Origin: Nitrosococcus oceani ATCC 19707
GTDB taxonomy: Bacteria; Pseudomonadota; Gammaproteobacteria; Nitrosococcales; Nitrosococcaceae
Reading direction: 5' to 3'
DNA: 32,000 bases
Assembly (NCBI RefSeq): GCF_000012805.1
Contig: NC_007484.1
Coordinates: 1,200,001 to 1,232,000 of the forward strand
Below the pieces are notes generated by a model. That model did no database searches and had not been told where the DNA came from. It worked only from the letters and a program-made list of their open reading frames with translations. Below, piece by piece: positions 25,702 through 32,000 of this stretch. Position numbers and translations under genes: made by a program. The stretch's first letter is position 1. Each line of letters opens with the position of its first letter.

Positions 25702-26991
25702 CTATTTGAACGGACAGCGTTGCTGATGGATATGCTGCTCGAAGTCAGTTTTGAAATATTTCAAGGCGCTTTGGAGAGGTTCCATGGCGCCGGGGGCATG
25801 GGCACAGAAGGTATGGCCAGGCCCCAGCAGGCGGGTGTGCATCATCAGGTATTCTAAATCCTCGGGTTGGCCTTGGCCCTGTTCGATTCCCAGTAAAATC
25901 TTCTCCACCCAAGGCAGGCCGTCCCGGCAGGGGGTGCACCAGCCGCAGGATTCTTGGGCAAAGAAGTGCTCCAGGTTGCGCACCATATCCACCGGACAGG
26001 TCCGGTCATCGAGAATAATGAGGCTGCCGGTGCCAAGCCGGCTACCGGCGGCCTGTACTGAGTCGTAGTCCATGGGGACCTCCAGGTGTTCTTCGGTGAG
26101 AAAATCCGTGGAAGCACCGCCAGGCAAGAAGCCCCGGAGTTGAAAACCGTCCTTCATGCCGCCGGCATGTTCCTCCAGAATTTCACGGATAGGTGTGCCC
26201 ATGGGCAATTCCCATGCCCCAGGATGTTTAACCCGGCCGCTGGCCCCATAAATTTTGGTACCGCCATCCTCGCTCCGGCTGAGATTTTGGTACCAGGCCG
26301 CGCCCCGAGCGATAATATGGGGAACATTGCAGAGGGTTTCCACATTGTTCACAACGGTAGGCTGGCCCCACAAACCGCTAACTTGGGGATAGGGGGGTTT
26401 GGCGCGGGGAATCGCCCGCTTGCCTTCCAGAGCATTGAGCAGGGCGGTTTCCTCCCCGCAGATGTAACGGCCAGCGCTGGTATGAAGATGAAGTTCCAAA
26501 CTAAACGTCGATCCGAGGAGATTTTTACCCAGGTAGTTCACCTGATAAGCCTCGGCGATGGCCTTTTTAAGACGTTGCGCGGCTAGCCAGTATTCCGCTC
26601 GTAAAAAAATGTAGGCTACCTCTGCCTGGATGGCATAGCTGGCTAGGATCATCCCCTCCAGTAATTGGTGGGGATCGCCTTCCATAAGCAGGCGATCCTT
26701 GAAGGTGCCCGGTTCCATTTCATCGGCATTGGCGATCAGGTATTTGGGGCGGGGCGCATCGTCTCCCCTAGGCACAAAACTCCACTTGAGGCCGGTGGGA
26801 AAGCCAGCCCCGCCCCGGCCTCGCAGGTTAGACTCTTTAACTTCTTGCAGCACTTCTTGGGGCGTTAGGGTTTTGATCGCCCGTTGGAGACCTTGATATC
26901 CTCCGGCTTGCGCGTATTGCTTGAGATCCGGCGGTTCCCGATGGGGCGTAATATTTTGAGTAAGGGGCGTGGCCATGGGTTTTCTGTTCAT
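25702..26991 (-). CDS. nuoF: NADH-quinone oxidoreductase subunit F
   Basis: GRGGAGFPTGLKW, RYICGEETALLN and ESCGWCTPCRDG motifs. Confidence 0.95.
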   Translation of the reverse strand: MNRKPMATPLTQNITPHREPPDLKQYAQAGGYQGLQRAIKTLTPQEVLQEVKESNLRGRGGAGFPTGLKWSFVPRGDDAPRPKYLIANADEMEPGTFKDRLLMEGDPHQLLEGMILASYAIQAEVAYIFLRAEYWLAAQRLKKAIAEAYQVNYLGKNLLGSTFSLELHLHTSAGRYICGEETALLNALEGKRAIPRAKPPYPQVSGLWGQPTVVNNVETLCNVPHIIARGAAWYQNLSRSEDGGTKIYGASGRVKHPGAWELPMGTPIREILEEHAGGMKDGFQLRGFLPGGASTDFLTEEHLEVPMDYDSVQAAGSRLGTGSLIILDDRTCPVDMVRNLEHFFAQESCGWCTPCRDGLPWVEKILLGIEQGQGQPEDLEYLMMHTRLLGPGHTFCAHAPGAMEPLQSALKYFKTDFEQHIHQQRCPFK

Positions 26992-27452
26992 TCATAGCCC
27001 GCCAGAATTTCACCTATCTTCTCCGAGTCCAGATCGCCATGGAGATCCTGATCCACTACCATCACTGGGGCGCGCTCGCAGGCCCCCAAGCAGCAACTGG
27101 GCAACAGGGTAAAACGGCCATCCTGGGTGGTTTCCCCCAGCCCAATCTTAAGCTCTGTTTGCAATTGTTCCCGGAGTTGCTCGTAGCCCATGATCCAACA
27201 GCTCACACTATCGCAGATTAAAATGACATGCTTGCCTACTGGCCGGCGAAAAATAAGATTGTAGAATGTGGCCGCTCCATCCAGGGATTCCACGCTCAAG
27301 CCGAGATATTCGGCAATCTCCCGGAGGCTTTCATCGGAGACCCAGCCTCGGTGGTGCTGCACGATTTTCATGGCTTCGATCCCGACGGCCTGAGCGGTGG
27401 GATAGTGGGCCCGTTCGGCATCGATTGCTTTTATTTCCTCAGTGCTGAGCAT
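26988..27452 (-). CDS. nuoE: NADH-quinone oxidoreductase subunit E
   Basis: Thioredoxin-like [2Fe-2S] subunit with C..VSC...CLGAC motifs. Overlaps the nuoF start. Confidence 0.9.
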   Translation of the reverse strand: MLSTEEIKAIDAERAHYPTAQAVGIEAMKIVQHHRGWVSDESLREIAEYLGLSVESLDGAATFYNLIFRRPVGKHVILICDSVSCWIMGYEQLREQLQTELKIGLGETTQDGRFTLLPSCCLGACERAPVMVVDQDLHGDLDSEKIGEILAGYE

Positions 27453-27479
27453 GGTGCTGTCTCCATTGAATTCGCCTTT

Positions 27480-29261
27480 TCACCGGTCTACATCCGCCAT
27501 CACAAAATCGATGCTGCCCAGGGTGGCAATCAGATCAGGTACCATCGATCCCCGGCTAATGAGGGGAATCATTTGGAGATGGGGAAAAGAAGGGGTGCGG
27601 ATGCGGACCCGATAGGGTTGCGTGTGGCCATCGCTAATCAGGTAGTAGCTATTGTTACCCTTGGTGGCTTCAATGCCCACGCAAGCTTCCCCCGCTGGAA
27701 TCACGGGCCCCCAACTCACGCTCAGGAAATGGGAGATCAGGGTTTCAATGTCGTGCATGGTGCGTTCTTTCCGTGGCGGGGTGGTCAGAGGGTGATCGGC
27801 CTTGTAGGAACCTGCCGGCATATGGTTGAGGCATTGCTCGATGATCCGCAGACTCTGGCGCATTTCCTCGATTCGTACCCAGCATCGGTCGTAACAGTCT
27901 CCGTGCTGGGCAACGGGGATGTCGAATTGGAATTGTTCATAGCCGGAGTAAGGGCGTTGTTTGCGAAAATCCCATTCCAGGCCACAGGCGCGCAGGCCCG
28001 GCCCGGTGACTCCCCATTCCATGGCCTCGGCAATCGTATAGCTTCCCACACCCTGGGTGCGTTTTTTAAGAATTCGGTTATTCATGGCAATCTTGTCGTA
28101 TTTAGCCAGGCGTGGTGGCAAATAACGCAGAAAATCCCGGATCAAATCATCCCAACCCCGGGGTAGATCTTGGGCCACACCGCCGATACGGAACCATTCG
28201 GGGTGCATTCGGCCCCCACAGATGGCTTCGATAATATCAAACACCCGTTCCCTATCCGTGAACATGTAAAAAACAGGGGAGAGCTGCCCCACGTCCTGGG
28301 CAAAAGTGCCGTAAAACACCAGATGACTAGCGATGCGAAAGAGTTCCGCCAGCATGACCCGAATGACCTTGACCCGCTCTGGGACCTGGATGCCGGCCAG
28401 CTGCTCGACGGCCAGGACATAGGGGAGGTTATTCATCACTCCCCCTAGGTAGTCGATCCGATCCGTGTAGGGAATATAGGTATGCCAGGATTGGCGCTCC
28501 CCCATTTTTTCAGCGCCCCGGTGGTGATAGCCGATATCGGGCACGGCATCGACAATTTCTTCTCCATCCAGTTGCAGGACAATTCGGAAAACTCCATGGA
28601 CGCTAGGATGGTTGGGGCCAAGGTTGAGGAACATAAAGTCGGTGCTGCCGGAGGCCCGCCGCATCCCCCAGTCTTCTGGTCTAAAACGCAGAGCTTCCTG
28701 TTCCCGCGCCTGTTTTTCCTCGGATAGGGTAAAAGGGTCTACCTCGGTTGCCCGGGCGGGGTGATCCTTGCGCAATGGGTGGCCTTGCCAGGTCGGTGGC
28801 AGGAGAATACGGCTAAGATGGGGATGGCCTTCAAAGTTGATTCCAAAAAGATCCCATACTTCTCGCTCATACCAGTTGGCGGCGGGCCAAATGGGGGTGA
28901 TGGTTGGCAAGGAGGGAGATTCTCCCTGTAAGGGCACTTTGAGGCGAAGATCCTCATTCCGGATAAAGGATAGAAGATGATAGACCAGGGTGAAATCGCT
29001 TGCTGGCTGGCCAGGCCGATGGGTTCGAACCCGCTCATCAATCGCCGTTAGGTCATAGAGCATGGGATAGGGGGGGGCCAGTTCTGCTTTGAGGTACCGT
29101 AAAATTTTAGAAACTTGTGCCTTGGTTATCCAGAAGGTGGGAACCCCATCGTGGGTTTCCTGCCGGATGAAATTTGCTTCGCCAAATTGGTGATAGAGAA
29201 TCTCCGCAATGGGAGTGAATCCGGCCATCGGCGGAGTAGGTTGCTGGAGGCTAGACCTCAT
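27480..29261 (-). CDS. nuoCD: Fused NADH-quinone oxidoreductase subunit C/D
   Basis: Colinear with the E. coli fused NuoCD (NWYERE.WDLFGI.F.GHP; [25 protein letters not shown]; DFVMADVDR). Start chosen at ATG 29261 with GGAG 5 nt upstream, overlapping the nuoB stop. The ORF is open to 29354. Confidence 0.9.
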
Positions 29262-29889
29262 CCGGGCTCCGAAATACCGTTGCCTTCTGGCGTTCAGCCC
29301 GCCTTTGATCCCGCAGGCTAGGTTTAGGCGCTCTTTCGACTCCCTGGGGACCAATAGCCCAACTTAGGGGGCGTTGTTCCTTGCCGATGGCTTCCTGAAG
29401 CAATAGCAACCCTTCCAGAAAGGCATCAGGGCGGGGGGGGCAGCCAGGTACATAAACATCCACGGGGAGGAATTTATCGACTCCTTGAACCACGCTGTAA
29501 ATATCGTACATCCCGCCGGAATTGGCGCAGGAACCCATGGAAATGACCCAGCGAGGTTCCATCATCTGTTCATAGAGGCGTTTAATCACGGGTGCCATTT
29601 TGATAAATACCGTCCCTGAAATCACCATGAGATCCGCTTCTCGGGGGGTGGCGCGGATGACCTCCGCGCCAAAGCGGGCAATATCATATTTACTGGTAAA
29701 ACTGGTGACCATTTCCACATAGCAGCAGGAAAGTCCAAAGTTATAAGGCCAGAGAGAATTTTTTCGGCCCCAGGCAACCAGATCCTGTAACTGGGCAAAT
29801 AATAAATTACGTCGGATCGCATCTTCGAAGGAACCTTTGCTTTGTTCAATGGAAGTTGCTGCTTGCGGTTTACTTAATCTCCATCTCAT
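29251..29889 (-). CDS. nuoB: NADH-quinone oxidoreductase subunit B
   Basis: [21 protein letters not shown] and GCPPRP motifs. Confidence 0.95.
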
Positions 29890-29898
29890 TAGGTTAAA

Positions 29899-30288
29899 TT
29901 ACCTGTGTTTTTTATGTTTTCTTCCCTTGGGTTGCCAATCCAGGGCGCCCACCCGCCACTCATAGATGAGGGCTACCCCCAGGATGGTAATAAAAGCCAG
30001 CGCCCCCCCATACCCTATCCAGCCTGTTTCCCGGAATGCCACTGCCCAGGCGAAAATAAAAGCCGCTTCCATATCGAAAATGACGAATAAAACAGCCACT
30101 AAATAAAATTTAGCAGGAAAACGCAGGCGGGCAAAACCTACCGTCACCACGCCGGATTCGAAAGGTTCATCCGTCGCCCTTTCCCTAGGACGCTGGCCTA
30201 AAATGTAGGAGAACCCCACTATCAGCGCGACTAATACAAGGACCATACCCGCGTAGAGAATAAAAGGCCAAAATTCAGTAAATTGCAT
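29899..30288 (-). CDS. nuoA: NADH-quinone oxidoreductase subunit A
   Basis: 129-aa, 3-TM protein with PFESG and FDMEAAF motifs. First gene of the operon. Confidence 0.9.
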   Translation of the reverse strand: MQFTEFWPFILYAGMVLVLVALIVGFSYILGQRPRERATDEPFESGVVTVGFARLRFPAKFYLVAVLFVIFDMEAAFIFAWAVAFRETGWIGYGGALAFITILGVALIYEWRVGALDWQPKGRKHKKHR

Positions 30289-30424
30289 TGTGGGTATAAA
30301 TTTTTAAAAGGCTTTCATTAAAACGTAGGTGAAGAAAGCGTTGAGTGCAAGACTGGAGACAGAACGGTTGCCATGCTTATAGATAAATATCCAAGGAAAC
30401 CAAAGGGTATTTTTAAACCTAGAA

Positions 30425-30661
30425 TTAGGTTTTTTTCTCTGCGGGGATCCCCTTCGGGTGAGTGGATAGCCATTGTTCAAATTCTTTGATGGATTGTTCA
30501 AAGAGGGGTTTATAGTTTTTTTGGGAAGCATGATGGGCCGGGCTAGCGACTGCTTTACGATAGCTATTGAGCGTTCTCTCCACCCAATTTCGAGTCGCTT
30601 CTAATCCGTCACGTTGCAGGAGTAAATTGATTCTCCCCTTTTCGGAGTTAAGTGGCTGCAT
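30425..30661 (-). CDS. Small hypothetical protein upstream of nuoA
   Basis: 78-aa ORF on the same strand as nuo. I recognise no family. Confidence 0.35.
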   Translation of the reverse strand: MQPLNSEKGRINLLLQRDGLEATRNWVERTLNSYRKAVASPAHHASQKNYKPLFEQSIKEFEQWLSTHPKGIPAEKKT

Positions 30662-31196
30662 TTTTCCTTGGAGTGCGAGTTAAAGTTATTTTATGGGAAT
30701 ATAGAAATTACAATGGATATTGTCTATGAGCATTTCCGTGTCCTTGTAATATTTGATAGATGGCCGTAACCGGTGCTTCCAGCGGGGTAGGCGCCGGCGC
30801 CAGGCAGACTTGAGTTGCTTTGTCGTCTGGGTTTGCGCCGATAATCGTGCCGCCGAGGACGGTGAATTTCGCCCCAGTTTTTTCATCAGGGTTGCCCCAT
30901 TCTGTTTTATTTAACCCTTACCCTGTGACTCTTTTCAGCGTCTTTGCCGAAGAGTCTGGTAACCGGTTTTATATGGTGTGCCGGAATCTGGTTTCCGTCG
31001 CGGCTACCGATTGAGCAGCTATTATTTAACTAGCCACGTGCAACTAGTGGCTATGGTAATCGAAAGCGATCTGAAAGCCGTGGGTGCTATATAGAAGATA
31101 GGGAAGGTCGTCAGCTCACGGATCATGACAAAGCAGCTACCGCTTAATTCCAGCACTGGGTAGCAAAGATACCTAATTAATGGGAGGTAAGGTACC

Positions 31197-31955
31197 ATGA
31201 AGATAACAGGATGTAATCTTAGCCGGCGACGGATGCTCCTTCTAACCGGGGTAACGGCCGCATCACTGGTGATGGGAAAACGTGTGAGTGGACAATCCAT
31301 GCCTAGAACCCCAACGCAAACACCGCTCAAGCGGGCAATGGTGGTAATGCCTTCCTGCGTGGTGAGACCCCAGCAAACGGAAGGGCCCTATTTCGTAGAT
31401 GAGAAGCTCAACCGTTCCGACATCCGGTTCGAGCCATCGGACCATTCGATGAAAAAAGGGGTTCCGCTGCGCTTAGTATTTCGTGTCTCCCAGCTAGAGG
31501 GGAATGTATGCACGCCCTTAAAAGGTGCAATAGTGGATGTTTGGCAATGTGACGCGCTAGGGGTTTACTCGGGTTTTCAGGATATCAACGGGTTATTCGA
31601 TACCCGGGGGAAGAAGTTTTTGCGGGGATATCAAATAACGGATGCTATTGGGAAAGCCGAGTTTGTTACTATTTATCCGGGGTGGTATCCGGGCAGGACG
31701 GTCCATATCCATTTCAAGATTCGCACCGATTCCGCTTCGCCACAGGGCCATGAGTTTACCTCGCAGCTTTACTTCCATGACTCCATCACTGATCGAGTAC
31801 ATGCGCAGGCGCCCTACGCCACGAAAGGGCGGCGTAATTCGAGCAACGAAGACGATCGCATTTTCCAGCGGGGTGGCAGCGAGCTGATACTCCCGTTAGC
31901 CAGGGAGACAGCAGGCTATGTTGGAACATTCGATATCGGACTTCAGATGACTTGA
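31197..31955 (+). CDS. Intradiol ring-cleavage dioxygenase-like protein with Tat signal
   Basis: SRRRMLLLTG twin-arginine signal. EGPYFVDEKLNRSDIR, VDVWQCDA.GVYSG, IYPGWYPGRTVHIHFKI motifs. Confidence 0.8.
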   Translation: MKITGCNLSRRRMLLLTGVTAASLVMGKRVSGQSMPRTPTQTPLKRAMVVMPSCVVRPQQTEGPYFVDEKLNRSDIRFEPSDHSMKKGVPLRLVFRVSQLEGNVCTPLKGAIVDVWQCDALGVYSGFQDINGLFDTRGKKFLRGYQITDAIGKAEFVTIYPGWYPGRTVHIHFKIRTDSASPQGHEFTSQLYFHDSITDRVHAQAPYATKGRRNSSNEDDRIFQRGGSELILPLARETAGYVGTFDIGLQMT

Positions 31956-32000
31956 AATAACTCTCCACACCTTTGCTTTCTTAAGGAAACTCCATGGCTA

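Noticed and set aside
15559-29849. Many 60-190-aa ORFs antisense to, or out of frame within, the nuo genes (for example 18049..18498-, 25134..25694+, 26086..26586+, 27228..28166+)
   Set aside because: They lie entirely inside well-supported nuo coding sequences. Their Arg/Pro/Gly-rich composition is typical of off-frame translation of GC-biased genes.
30708-31017. Minus-strand open frames with protein-like translation (..GAKFTVLGGTIIGANPDDKATQVCLAPAPTPLEAPVTAIYQILQGHG..) between the small ORF and the dioxygenase gene
   Set aside because: There is no start codon. The sequence is split over two frames and I recognise no family. It may be a decayed gene but is not supportable as a feature. The ORF-track entry 30686..30886 is in a different frame and is Arg/Lys-rich low complexity.

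Overview
The window looks like gammaproteobacterial chromosome with mixed GC content. I cannot assign a species. It falls into three parts.

(1) Bases 1-2670 hold the 3' part of an IS200/IS605-family tnpB, which runs off the left edge. They also hold a DUF2780 lipoprotein gene and a decayed integron integrase gene (intI) with one frameshift and a 3' truncation.

(2) Bases 2640-12316 hold the rest of the integron: a Pc-like promoter, a repeat-rich attI, and an array of about 11 conventional cassettes. Their attC sites are heterogeneous (56-123 bp).
- Toxin-antitoxin modules dominate the array: two BrnT/antitoxin pairs, YoeB/YefM, HigB/HigA, HicA/HicB and an orphan HicB-like gene.
- There are also several unknown-function genes, some of them frameshifted.
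- Interleaved with these cassettes are 5 complete and 2 fragmentary copies of one ORF-less, strongly structured unit (short form about 107 bp, long form about 158 bp). Both of its ends are cassette crossover points, so it behaves as an amplified attC-only mini-cassette. This is the most unusual thing I can see in the window.

(3) Bases 12320-32000 look like ordinary chromosome.
- An AT-rich block carries a TIR-like gene remnant, a small lipoprotein, an ICMT-family methyltransferase and YbaN.
- A membrane-anchored GDPD-family phosphodiesterase follows.
- A complete, intact E. coli-type 13-gene nuoA-N operon with fused nuoCD lies on the minus strand.
- A small upstream ORF and a Tat-signal intradiol-dioxygenase-like gene complete the window.

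No rRNA, tRNA or CRISPR array was recognised. All homology statements rest on my reading of the translated ORFs and remembered family motifs, not on database searches.
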